64,000 bases of DNA from an uncultured Planctomycetaceae bacterium (GTDB taxonomy: Bacteria > Planctomycetota > Planctomycetia > Pirellulales > PALSA-1355), in the NCBI GenBank assembly GCA_964598535.1, contig CAZRCI010000016.1, positions 42,032 to 106,031 on the forward strand, given 5' to 3'. Position numbers and translations under genes: made by a program. Shown piece by piece: positions 1 to 9,448 of this stretch; positions within the stretch are counted from its first letter, which is position 1, and each line of letters starts with the position of its first letter. Below the pieces are notes generated by a model that searched no databases, was not told the DNA's origin, and was given only the letters and a program-made list of their open reading frames with translations.

Positions 1-823
1 CGATGCGCGTGTGGTCTTCATTGATGTCGGCGGCCAGGACCACGTCGAGCTCTTCTCCCACGGTCGTTACGCGCTCGCCCGTCTTGACATCATAAACGGC
101 GGCGATGCCCAGCTTTGCCCCGGTACCACCACCAGCCAGCAGCAGCGTACCCGAACGACTGAACTTCAAGACGTGCGGCACCCCCTCGGGAAACGGCAAC
201 ACGCTGATCAACTCCGCGGTGTCCGTGTTATATAGCGAGATCTGCTTCTGCCCGGCCACGGCGGCCAACGGTGCCCAGGGACTCGTGGCCAGCGCCGTCA
301 CGGCACCGGCCCGCGGCGTATAGACGACTGGCTGGCGCATGCGCTTCTCAGGCATTGGCGGCGGCCCTTCGGGCCTGGCGGCGCCAGAGCTCGCGCTCAT
401 CTGAAGCGAGGGCCCCTTCTTCACCTTGGCGACCGATCCGCTGTTTTCGAGCGCGCCCCCGAGGATCCATTTCTTGATGATGTCGAGCTTCGCTGCCGGA
501 AGCTTGTCCTGCATCGGGGGCATCGCCGGTTCATCGGTATGATCCACCAGCCCCCACAGACGCGAGCTGTCCGGATCGCCGGGCTCGATCACCGCGCCGC
601 TGGCGCCGCCCTCGATCGTGGCACCATACGCGGCCAGCGATAGGTCGCTCTTCTTCGTATCCTGGTTGTGGCAGCTAAAGCAGTGCTCGCGAAAGATCGG
701 TTTGACATGCTCTTCATAGGTAATCTTCTCCGCGGGAGCGTCTTCTCCCCGCGCAACAGGCGTCAGCGTCAGCCCGCACGCCAGTAAGATTCCCCAATGG
801 ATTCGAAGCGTGATCGTCATCAT
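1..823 (-). CDS. Exported c-type cytochrome-domain (PSCyt1-like) protein with probable WD40/beta-propeller repeats; 3' end runs off the window
   Basis: Not in the ORF track because there is no stop in the window. My minus-strand translation from ATG at 823 gives MMTITLRIHWGILLACGLTLTPVARGEDAPAEKITYEEHVKPIFREHCFSCHNQDTKKSDLSLAAYG..., a signal peptide plus a CxxCH haem motif. I checked codon by codon that the frame stays open to base 1 (...KFSRSGTLLLAGGGTGAKLGIAAVYDVKTGERV...). Confidence 0.75.
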   Translation of the reverse strand, partial: MMTITLRIHWGILLACGLTLTPVARGEDAPAEKITYEEHVKPIFREHCFSCHNQDTKKSDLSLAAYGATIEGGASGAVIEPGDPDSSRLWGLVDHTDEPAMPPMQDKLPAAKLDIIKKWILGGALENSGSVAKVKKGPSLQMSASSGAARPEGPPPMPEKRMRQPVVYTPRAGAVTALATSPWAPLAAVAGQKQISLYNTDTAELISVLPFPEGVPHVLKFSRSGTLLLAGGGTGAKLGIAAVYDVKTGERVTTVGEELDVVLAADINEDHTRI

Positions 824-853
824 TGCGTCCGCACTGAAGGAACAGTGAATCGT

Positions 854-3421
854 TTAGTGATTGAACAGGAATTCCCGTGAATTGAGCACTGCCCAGTAGA
901 TGTCATCGAGAGCAGCTCGCGGATTCTGATCCGCCGCGATCAGCGGTTCGAGCTTTGCCAGCTCCTCACTCGTCGGCTTCCGCGATAGGCACGAAATATA
1001 AATGCTCTCGATGATCTCGGCGGGGGTTTTACTCGCGTCGAGTTGGTTCTGGACCAGCTTGCTTTCGCCGATCTTGCGGGCGATCGTGTCACCATTGATC
1101 ATGTGCAGCGCTTGCGACAAAGTCGGCGACGTGGTCGCCTCGGCTTCGCAAGCCGTCAGCCGCGGAGAACGGCCGAATGAAGCCAGGAAGTAATTGCTCG
1201 TCTGACCATCGGCAATCTGCACGGCGCGCGCGCCGATCGGCAGCCCTTGGAACTTGTCGGGCACGCCCGTCACTTGACTCAAGCAATCGAGCAAATTCTC
1301 GGCCGGAATGCGGCGGATGAGAGCGTGCGAAAAGTTCTTGAGATCGCCCTCGTTGCTCGCGTTTGGCTGCGAAGCCCGCTGATACGCCTGTGAATTGGCG
1401 ATATCGCGTACCAATTGCTTGAAATCGTAATTGTAACTGGTCAGCTTGTCGCCCAATGCTTGGAACAATTCGGGATTGCTGGCCGGATTACTGACGCGGA
1501 CGTCGTCGACGGGCTCGACAATGCCCAGGCCGAAGAAATGCGCCCAAACGCGGTTCGCCACGCTGGTCGCAAAAAACGGATTCTCCGGCGAAGCGAGCCA
1601 CTTCACGAGTACTTCGCGGCGGTCCTTGCCGGCGACGTCCGGCGTTGCGCCACCCAGAAACTTCGGAGGCATCACGCGCCCGCCAACCGGATGGCTAATT
1701 TCGCCACCACCGGAATTGAAGACGATCGTCTCGCGATAGTCGGCGCCTTGCTTGCGCCCGATCTGAACAAAGAATGCGGCAAAGCTGTAATAGTCATCCA
1801 TCGTCCAGCGGTCGAACGGATGGTTATGACACTGGGCGCACTGGGTGCGAATGCCCATGAACACCTGCGCCACGTTTTCGGCGGTCTTGAGTGTGTCGCG
1901 TTCGATTTGAAAGTAGTTTGTCGGCGGATTGCTGAACGTACCGCCGCTGGCGCTAAGCAGATCCTGCACCATCTTGTCGAGCGGCACATTGTTCGAAATC
2001 TGGTTTGTCAGCCAGCTCGAATAAAGAAACGCGCTCTTGTAGCTCACGTCGATCGACGACTTGACCATCAGCAGGTTGGCCCACTTGAGCGCCCAGATCT
2101 CGGAAAATTCCTTGCGCTCGAGCAACCGGTCAACCAGCTTCGCCCGCTTGTCCGACGAAGTGTCGTTCATGAACTCGTGATATTCCTCGGCCGTCGGCAG
2201 CAGGCCCGTGATATCGATCGTCACGCGGCGCAGGAACACTTCGTCCGAACAGAGCTCGCTGGGCTCGACGCGAATCTTGTTCAGCTTCGCATTGACCAAC
2301 TCATCCACGTAGTTTGCCGGCGGCGTGTTGGGCGGTTCGTATTCCAATTCATTCGGCAATACAAGTGCCTGGCTGCCAACCGTAAATGTGTCGAAGCGAG
2401 CCATGATGAATGCTTCACCCCGCGCGCCCGCCGAGACCAGCCCGTTCGAGTCGATCGGGGCCGAGTTGTCGTTGTTCGACAGAAACACGACCAGGTTCGT
2501 CACGTCGCGATCGGTCCCGTCGGAATACTTCGCCCGGGCGATGAACTGCTGCATGGCCCCTTCGCCTTCCAGCACCACCTTGGGCGGGTAAATCTCCAGC
2601 GCCGTGGGCGTGGCGATGTCCCCTGGATCACGGGGCACGCCGGCCTCGAGCCAGCGAAGAACCGCGTTGTAGTATTCGCTGTCCGGAGGAAACCGCTTGC
2701 CACCCGTATGCGGAACCGAACCGTCAGCCTTTTGCAACAACAAGCTCTCGCGAGGCACCGCGAGATTGATCCGCCGGAAACCGATCTCATGGGTAATGCG
2801 GTGGAAATCGCCGTCAGGGTCATAGCCGAACAACGACAGATTGAAGCCATCCTTGCCCCGCGCCGCGCCGTGGCAACTGCCCACATTGCAGCCGGCGCGC
2901 ATAAAGACCGGCATCACGTCGAGTTTGAAGCTGATCGCTCGATCGACCGTCGCTTGCGCGATCTTGACGGGCAGCTCGACTTTTTGGCCGCCGTATTCCA
3001 GCGCCAGCGTCGTCTCGCCGTCGGCCACGGGGTACAGCGTGTGCCCCTCGATCTTGGCCAGGTTTCCATGGGCCAGCGACGCGGTGGCTTCCTGGGTCAC
3101 GTCGAGTGTCACACCATCCGGACGCGTGGCCACGACGATGAACGCCTGCCGGTCGCGGAGCGTGGTCAGATCGATGTCCGGCGGATAAGCGGCCAGCGTA
3201 AATTCCAGGGGCGGCGCTTGCGGAGCCGGCGCGGCCTGCGGCGCGAGAGACGCTTCGGCGGCGGACGCGGGCTCGATGGCCGGTTCGGTCGCGACCTCGG
3301 CTGGAGCCGTCTCAGCGGCAGGCACGGGCTCCGCTGCCGGGGATGCCGCGGGAGGTTCTTCGGCCAGCAAACGCCAGTTAAGAACCGCGATCAGCGCGAG
3401 AGCGAGTATCGTTCGCTTCAT
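854..3421 (-). CDS. DUF1549/DUF1553 (PSCyt2/PSD1) domain protein with Big_2-like Ig domains
   Basis: 855-aa ORF with signal peptide MKRTILALALIAVLNW. Motifs GCNVGSCHGAARGKDGFNLSLFGYDP and CAQCHNHPFDRW (CxxCH), and a C-terminal ...YWAVLNSREFLFNH tail typical of the family. The start overlaps the stop of the upstream gene by 4 nt (ATGA). Confidence 0.85.
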   Translation of the reverse strand: MKRTILALALIAVLNWRLLAEEPPAASPAAEPVPAAETAPAEVATEPAIEPASAAEASLAPQAAPAPQAPPLEFTLAAYPPDIDLTTLRDRQAFIVVATRPDGVTLDVTQEATASLAHGNLAKIEGHTLYPVADGETTLALEYGGQKVELPVKIAQATVDRAISFKLDVMPVFMRAGCNVGSCHGAARGKDGFNLSLFGYDPDGDFHRITHEIGFRRINLAVPRESLLLQKADGSVPHTGGKRFPPDSEYYNAVLRWLEAGVPRDPGDIATPTALEIYPPKVVLEGEGAMQQFIARAKYSDGTDRDVTNLVVFLSNNDNSAPIDSNGLVSAGARGEAFIMARFDTFTVGSQALVLPNELEYEPPNTPPANYVDELVNAKLNKIRVEPSELCSDEVFLRRVTIDITGLLPTAEEYHEFMNDTSSDKRAKLVDRLLERKEFSEIWALKWANLLMVKSSIDVSYKSAFLYSSWLTNQISNNVPLDKMVQDLLSASGGTFSNPPTNYFQIERDTLKTAENVAQVFMGIRTQCAQCHNHPFDRWTMDDYYSFAAFFVQIGRKQGADYRETIVFNSGGGEISHPVGGRVMPPKFLGGATPDVAGKDRREVLVKWLASPENPFFATSVANRVWAHFFGLGIVEPVDDVRVSNPASNPELFQALGDKLTSYNYDFKQLVRDIANSQAYQRASQPNASNEGDLKNFSHALIRRIPAENLLDCLSQVTGVPDKFQGLPIGARAVQIADGQTSNYFLASFGRSPRLTACEAEATTSPTLSQALHMINGDTIARKIGESKLVQNQLDASKTPAEIIESIYISCLSRKPTSEELAKLEPLIAADQNPRAALDDIYWAVLNSREFLFNH

Positions 3422-5901
3422 TTCCCTTCTCCTGCCAATTGGGCCGCACGCGCGGCCTTGGCTTGTTGGCGTTCCAGTCGCAGTTTTTCCAGCAAACTCA
3501 GGCGTTTTTCGGGCATGGGGGCAGCCTCGGGCATCGGCGGCGGCGGCGCCGCCGCCACGGGAGCGTCCGCCTTCGGTGGCAACGGCTCATCGATTCTTAG
3601 CTCGCCCGTGCCGAGCGTGTGAACGATCGGTTCGCCGTTGGCCATGATCGTAGCCACGCACAAGACCGTGGCATGCTTGCCCACCGGCGAATTGGTCGTG
3701 GTGCTCACCGGAAACACGAGTTCGGTCGTGTCCTGGGTGATCTCCTTTTCCTCGGTCGTCACCTCGTTGGGCAGCCCAACCATCTGGACCTTGGCCGCGC
3801 CTTCGAAATCCTTGGCCTTGTTGACCTTCACCACGATGTCCGTGGCCTGGCCTTTCTCGGTGGCCGCGGCCAGGAATTCAAACGCCACGAACGGTTCGGT
3901 CACTTCGAGCGTGGCCATCTGCGACGCCACCGTGACCGGGCCATCGCCCACCGTGGCGTCGCCAAGCACCACGATCTTCCACTTGTTCACCTCCGCGCCG
4001 TTATTGGCGGTGAGCGGAATCACAACTTCCGTCTGGCCCTCGGGAATCGAGATCGCCCCGGACGAACCCACGCCCGGCGGGTTGTACAGCATCTGCACCG
4101 AGATCGGCGCGGTAAAGCCTTCCTTCCGCGTGGCGATGACCTTCAAATTCATCGAACCGTTGCGCACCAGCGGTACCTTGGGCTCGACGATCTCGATCGA
4201 ATACGGCGCTTCGTTGGTCACCGCCGTGGTCAACCGCTGATTAAACTGACTCCACATCTCAACTTCGTTCTGGCCGCGCACGAGCGAGGTTCGCTGCCGG
4301 AGGTGCCCCTCTACGTTCAAATTCGCGTCGGCCGGGCGTCCCACCACGTCGACCAATCCGCCTGAAAGCTCCACATCCGGAGCGGCCGACAGCAGCACCG
4401 GCACGTCGCCACGATTGGCGGTCATTGGAATCGTCTCGACCGTGACTCCTGGCGGCAGGCCCTTGAATTCCAGGTTCAAATCGCCGCCAAAATCGGCGCG
4501 GGCGGCATTCACCAGAAACGCCATCCGATTGCCACGCGGCACCGGAGCCACGATATCGACGAACTGACTCCGTTCGCTGAGACCGAGTGTCAGGGCCGGC
4601 TCGACGGGCGTCACCTCCACGCGATAGGCGTACGTCGGACCACCCTGCTCCAGATGATCGCGAACGTGTACGACATAAGTGTCATCCTCCGGGCACGTAA
4701 TTCGCAGATAGCTGTCCGGCGCCCCGATATATCCGCCAATGTCATCACTACCTCCGACGTGTGCCCCGCCGACGCGGAACACGTTCAGCACCGCGTCCAG
4801 CGGCGAACCGTGCGCCCGAGCGAACAGCCGGACGTCGAACACCTGACCTTTCTTGCCGGTAAACTGGAAGCAATCGACGTCCTTCGCCTCGCCGATCACG
4901 CCGTTCATCGCGATTGGAGCCTCGCCCGGCGTGCCTTCGGCCAGAGCATTGTTTGGTTCGACTTCGAGCACATTGCCAAACTTCGACAGCCGAAACAGAT
5001 TGTGCGAGGGGGAAATGCCCTGCTCGTCCTGGGCAAACAGGCCAAATTCGACCGGCGCTTCGGCCGGAAGCTGAACCTCCTCGGACTTGGCGCCCGCGGC
5101 GTCTCCCAGCCACTGGATGTTCACCTTCTCACCGATCGGCCCTCCGAGCGGCAAGGTTGCCAGCGGACGCGGAAACCGCCCCACGTGCAGCCGGTAGCGG
5201 CACGAGCCATTGCCGGCGAACGAGGTCTCACGGGCTTCGATGACATAGGTGCCGTCTTCCGGCGCGACGATCGAAGCAATGCAGTCCTGCCGCACCAGCG
5301 GGGCGTCGTCCGAACGCGCCAGCTCGAAGCGATCCTTGTCGAGAATGGCCACATAGGGATCGAAGAAGGTGTAGCCAAGCCGCAGACCTTCGATCTCGGC
5401 CGTGATGCGCTCGCCCTTCTTGGCTTCGACGGCATAATAGTCGACATCCTCGTTGTCGGCCGTGCCTTCGATCGTGGTCCCCAGCTCGATCTTCTGTGGC
5501 GCGGCAAAATCGCTATTCGGCTCCACTTCGTTGACCTGCGGCAGAGCCCCCACGCTGATCGTCCGCAAATTCGAGAGACCTGTCGCCGTGCGGATTCGAA
5601 CTGGATGAAACCCCAGGCGGCAGTCGGGAGTCACGACCAGTCTGACTTTCACCGAGCCGCTATCGGCGGCCGGTTCGATACCGGCCACGGTGATGCCCGG
5701 CTCGAAGAACATCAGGTCCTGAGCATCGGCCAACCGAGCCCCGGTAAACACCACCTCGGTTTCCGTGCCGCGCTGCACACCCAACGGCGAATTGCCGCTG
5801 TAAACCGGCGCCGCGGCTTCAGCCAACGCAGCCGGCGCGAATGCGAGCAGCAGCAAACCGCCGACACGCGCGCAACAACTGAAAAGCGAACCAAAGTTCA
5901 T
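3418..5901 (-). CDS. Exported protein with two pre-peptidase C-terminal (PPC)-type beta-sandwich domains
   Basis: The track ORF extends to 5988. Met at 5901 gives the signal peptide MNFGSLFSCCARVGGLLLLAFAPAALAEA. Two EVEPN... segments are followed by DVDYYAVEAKKGE and DVDCFQFTGKKGQ, which are PPC-like. Confidence 0.7.
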   Translation of the reverse strand: MNFGSLFSCCARVGGLLLLAFAPAALAEAAAPVYSGNSPLGVQRGTETEVVFTGARLADAQDLMFFEPGITVAGIEPAADSGSVKVRLVVTPDCRLGFHPVRIRTATGLSNLRTISVGALPQVNEVEPNSDFAAPQKIELGTTIEGTADNEDVDYYAVEAKKGERITAEIEGLRLGYTFFDPYVAILDKDRFELARSDDAPLVRQDCIASIVAPEDGTYVIEARETSFAGNGSCRYRLHVGRFPRPLATLPLGGPIGEKVNIQWLGDAAGAKSEEVQLPAEAPVEFGLFAQDEQGISPSHNLFRLSKFGNVLEVEPNNALAEGTPGEAPIAMNGVIGEAKDVDCFQFTGKKGQVFDVRLFARAHGSPLDAVLNVFRVGGAHVGGSDDIGGYIGAPDSYLRITCPEDDTYVVHVRDHLEQGGPTYAYRVEVTPVEPALTLGLSERSQFVDIVAPVPRGNRMAFLVNAARADFGGDLNLEFKGLPPGVTVETIPMTANRGDVPVLLSAAPDVELSGGLVDVVGRPADANLNVEGHLRQRTSLVRGQNEVEMWSQFNQRLTTAVTNEAPYSIEIVEPKVPLVRNGSMNLKVIATRKEGFTAPISVQMLYNPPGVGSSGAISIPEGQTEVVIPLTANNGAEVNKWKIVVLGDATVGDGPVTVASQMATLEVTEPFVAFEFLAAATEKGQATDIVVKVNKAKDFEGAAKVQMVGLPNEVTTEEKEITQDTTELVFPVSTTTNSPVGKHATVLCVATIMANGEPIVHTLGTGELRIDEPLPPKADAPVAAAPPPPMPEAAPMPEKRLSLLEKLRLERQQAKAARAAQLAGEGK

Positions 5902-6045
5902 CTGAGAACCTCGAGTTAAGAGAGGCGAACGCATTGCGGGCTGGTTGCGCTGAAGGACCGTCCTGGCACGAGCGTCTCGGGCTTCCAAGGTGGCCGCGCG
6001 AGCGAATCACTCGTGCTCCGCTTGGCCAGGGATGCTCCGCCCGCT

Positions 6046-7359
6046 TTAAACCAGCAGCTCCTTGCGGACTTTGCCGCCGTCGACGATTTCAATCGGCCGA
6101 TCGCCGGGCGCCATCAGTTCCTTGTCAGCGATGATGCCTAGCTGATGGAAGATCGTGGTCGCCAGGTCGCCGGGATCCATCTCGTCCTTTTCAGGCTCTG
6201 AAGCCACGGCGTTCGACTGGCCATAGATCATGCCTTGTTTGATGCCGCCGCCGGCAAGCACCACGCTGAACACCTTCGGCCAGTGGTCGCGGCCGGCCGT
6301 GCCATTGATCTTGGGCGTACGGCCGAATTCGCTCGACACCAGGACCAGCGTCTCGCTTAGAAGCCCCGTGCGATCCAGGTCGCGAATCAACGCCGCGAAG
6401 GCCTGATCAAAGGCGGGCATCGAGCCCCGCATGCCGGCGGTAATATTGTTGTGCATGTCCCACCCTCCGTAGGTGAGCGAGACGAACCGCACGCCGGCGG
6501 CCACCAGGCGCCGAGCCATCAGCATTCGCTGACCGGCTTCGTTCATGCCGTACTCGTTGCGAATCGCCTCGGGTTCGGCCGCGATATCGAACGCCGCCCG
6601 GGCTTTCTCCGAGCTGATCAGGCTATAAGCCCGCTCGTAGAACGTGTTCATCGCGTCGAGCGTATCGGCCTTTTCCTTCTTGGCGAAGTAGTCGTTCACG
6701 GCGTCGAGTGCCGAACGGCGGCGCTCGAACCGGCCCGCGTCGACCCCGCTCGGCAGATTCAAGTCACGAACCGTGAAGCCCTGACTGGCCGGGTCGGCGC
6801 CCAGGCTGAACGGCCCGAACGACGAGCTAAGATAACCCGGCCCGGCATACTCGTTCGGAGCGTTCGGAATACAGACATACGGCGGCAGATTCTCGCGCGG
6901 TCCGTACTCGTGGCTCACGACGCTGCCCATGCTTGGATAAACCAGCGCCGGGCTGGGGCGGCTGCCCGTAAACATGTTGTGCGTGCCGCGCTCGTGGGCC
7001 GCCTCGCCGTGCGAGAAGGAACGGATAACGGTGATTTTGTCGGCGATCTGGGCCGTTTGCGGCAGCGTTTCGCAAAACACTTCGCCGGGGATCTTAGTCG
7101 GAATCACGCCCATTTCGCCTCGATATTCGATCGGCGAGTAGGGCTTCGGGTCGAATGTTTCCTGGTGAGCGATGCCGCCGGGCAAGAAGATATGGATGAT
7201 GCTCTTCGCCTGGGCCGGAATGAAGTCGTAGTGCTTCTGATCCGCCTGGGCCTGCTGGATGCGAAAGTAGTCGCCCAGCGTCAGGCCCAGCCCGGTCAGC
7301 GCGCCAACCGAGAGAAAACCGCGACGGGTCGTACGGGTAGTAGTCGAGCGCAAACTCAT
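6046..7359 (-). CDS. DUF1501 domain protein (sulfatase/alkaline-phosphatase fold), Tat-exported
   Basis: The track ORF extends to 7389. Met at 7359 gives the twin-arginine signal MSLRSTTTRTTRRGFLSVGALTGLGL. Body motifs GGWDMHNN and SEFGRTPKINGTAGRDHW are typical of DUF1501. Confidence 0.85.
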   Translation of the reverse strand: MSLRSTTTRTTRRGFLSVGALTGLGLTLGDYFRIQQAQADQKHYDFIPAQAKSIIHIFLPGGIAHQETFDPKPYSPIEYRGEMGVIPTKIPGEVFCETLPQTAQIADKITVIRSFSHGEAAHERGTHNMFTGSRPSPALVYPSMGSVVSHEYGPRENLPPYVCIPNAPNEYAGPGYLSSSFGPFSLGADPASQGFTVRDLNLPSGVDAGRFERRRSALDAVNDYFAKKEKADTLDAMNTFYERAYSLISSEKARAAFDIAAEPEAIRNEYGMNEAGQRMLMARRLVAAGVRFVSLTYGGWDMHNNITAGMRGSMPAFDQAFAALIRDLDRTGLLSETLVLVSSEFGRTPKINGTAGRDHWPKVFSVVLAGGGIKQGMIYGQSNAVASEPEKDEMDPGDLATTIFHQLGIIADKELMAPGDRPIEIVDGGKVRKELLV

Positions 7360-8000
7360 ACGGATCTCCCTAAATGTTTGAGGCCGCACATGGCTGGCAC
7401 ACGCGTGTGACTGACAATGTGGCCGGCGGCGAGAGAAGGCAAACCTTCAACGTCTCGGAGCGCCCGGCGGTGTGTGTGTTCAAGCAGCGTTGCGTAATGA
7501 ACCGTGGGGGTGTGGTAGGTCAAATCGCGTGCTTATGGAGGCGGGATATTGGGGTGGGCTCAGCTTCCCTCGAGCGACACGTTCTGGTCGCGAAAACTCA
7601 CCGTTTCGCAACGCGTTCCCCGAGTAAAGTCGCCTGCTGATGCTAGCCAAGGTTCGAATCCTTGTCAAATATTAGCAGATTTTTATGCGTTCATGCGCCA
7701 ACCCCAAATCCGCCTCGCGCGGAGAGTGCAATTTCCGCACCGAACCTATAGAGCCTCTGGCCAGAGAAAAATTCCTCCAGCCCGGGAAATACTTTCAGTC
7801 CGGGGAATACTTTTCCCTAAAATTGCGAATTGGTCGCGGTGCCCCGGCGCTGGCCGCGCTCACTTCTGCGGAATCGCGCACTTCGCTTATTTTCCCGCAA
7901 AAAGCCTGGACGGCTGCGCCAGCATTAGCGAAAATAGGGCACTGGGCTGGAGTTAGGGCAACCGATCAGGTGGAAAACCATACCGGGAGGAAGAAGAGCG

Positions 8001-9251
8001 ATGGCTCGTCCAAAGAAGTCGCGCGGTTTCACGCTCGTGGAACTGCTGGTGGTCATCACGATCATTGGGATGCTGGTGTCCCTTTTGCTTCCAGCCATTC
8101 AAGCCGCCCGCGAAGCCGGTCGTCGCAGCACCTGCCAGAACAACATGCGGCAGTGCACGCTCGCCCTGATGCAGGTGGCCGAGAATAAGCGGTCCTACCC
8201 AGGGTACGTGAACGTCTATTCAACCGGGTTACCGCTCAATCAAGTTCCTTATATTCGTGGCTCCTGGGTGGTGCCGATCCTGCCCCAACTCGAACGTAAT
8301 GACTTGTTCCAAAACTGGCAAAATCCTACCAAATTGTTGGCGGACACCCAGTATTCCAACATTCCTCAAGCGGTACGTACGTCGTTCTTTTCGGCCCTGG
8401 AAGTCTTGATCTGCCCGAGCAATTCCAACCCTGAGCTCGGTGGAAACCCCCTGTCGTATGTGGTCAACACCGGCTTGGCCAAGAGCGGTCACGATACCAA
8501 TTTGTTCGGCGTCCCCAATGGCGCAACTCCTGTTCCGGAAGACGTGAACAGCGGGGTGTTTTTTAACCACTCCAATTGGGACGGCACATCGGCTACTAAC
8601 TCAGCTTCCGGTGAACCGGGCACCATAAACGGCGTCGCTGGGACAGGTGCTGCCCCCACGATAAAGATCTCGCAAGACTTCATCAGCACGCGTGATGGCA
8701 CAACGTATACGCTCATGCTGAGCGAAAACCTGCAGGCGGGAAACTGGGCCGTGGATCCCAACAGAAGTGGCAACGGGTTTTACGATACTGACTTAGCAGT
8801 TCGAGAAAACACGGGAATGGTGTGGTTCTTGACCGGAAAGATCAATAACTCGAAGGACCAGTCCCTACCCGATTCTGTGTATAAATCCGACCTGGGGACC
8901 ATGGCGGTACCGGGAATTAACGACAATTCTCAATTGGTTACCGGCGCGCCTGTTTTGTTGTTCAATCCCGACAATGCCGCCAATCCAACAGGACTGGCAT
9001 ACTCCCGGCCCTCGGCAAATCACGCCGGCGGCGTCAACGTGTCCTTCTGCGGTGGCAACGCGGGCTACCTCAGCGAAGAAATCGACTATCGCGTCTTCAC
9101 TCAGTTGATGACGCCCAATCAGAAGCAAGTTAACATCGCGGCTCCCACGGCGGCAGCGCCGATCCTGGCCGGCGCCGACAAGAATCCCCACAACGGCTGG
9201 AACTTTCCTCCCAGCCAGCCCTTCTACGTCCTCGACGAATCGGAGTTCTAA
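8001..9251 (+). CDS. DUF1559 domain protein with prepilin-type N-terminal cleavage/methylation motif
   Basis: The N-terminus [46 protein letters not shown] matches the family. The C-terminal segment is [46 protein letters not shown] lies upstream. Confidence 0.85.
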   Translation: MARPKKSRGFTLVELLVVITIIGMLVSLLLPAIQAAREAGRRSTCQNNMRQCTLALMQVAENKRSYPGYVNVYSTGLPLNQVPYIRGSWVVPILPQLERNDLFQNWQNPTKLLADTQYSNIPQAVRTSFFSALEVLICPSNSNPELGGNPLSYVVNTGLAKSGHDTNLFGVPNGATPVPEDVNSGVFFNHSNWDGTSATNSASGEPGTINGVAGTGAAPTIKISQDFISTRDGTTYTLMLSENLQAGNWAVDPNRSGNGFYDTDLAVRENTGMVWFLTGKINNSKDQSLPDSVYKSDLGTMAVPGINDNSQLVTGAPVLLFNPDNAANPTGLAYSRPSANHAGGVNVSFCGGNAGYLSEEIDYRVFTQLMTPNQKQVNIAAPTAAAPILAGADKNPHNGWNFPPSQPFYVLDESEF

Positions 9252-9288
9252 CCCACTCGCTCCAACTTCGTCCGTTACCTGATCGCAA

Positions 9289-9326
9289 CCGCCCCGCGGA
9301 GGGTCACTCTCGCGGGGCGGTTTTTT
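9289..9326 (+). terminator. Rho-independent terminator after the first DUF1559 gene
   Basis: Perfect 10-bp GC stem ccgccccgcg / cgcggggcgg with a 12-nt loop, followed by TTTTTT (9321-9326). Confidence 0.8.
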
Positions 9327-9448
9327 GCGCGCTCGTTGGTTCGTGATTACGCCGATATCTCGTGGTACAAATGCGCCCGTTCGAGCAGAATTAATTACAG
9401 AAGTGGCCTTGAATGCCTGTCGTCTAAACACCGCCGGAGGTACGACGC

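Noticed and set aside
1415-3622. 735-aa plus-strand ORF, one of the longest in the track
   Set aside because: It is antisense to two well-supported minus-strand genes (DUF1549/DUF1553 and the PPC protein) and spans their junction. It is Arg/Ala/Gly/Val-rich with no recognisable motif. This is a typical shadow ORF of high-GC DNA.
7648-7664. Perfect tRNA T-arm look-alike CAAGG-TTCGAAT-CCTTG in the 7390-8000 spacer
   Set aside because: I tried to build a full cloverleaf. There is no complementary acceptor 5' strand (TATTTGA expected about 65 nt upstream). No anticodon or D arms can be paired, and there is no CCA context. A tRNA 3' remnant (an old integration scar) is conceivable, but no integrase or second repeat copy is in the window.
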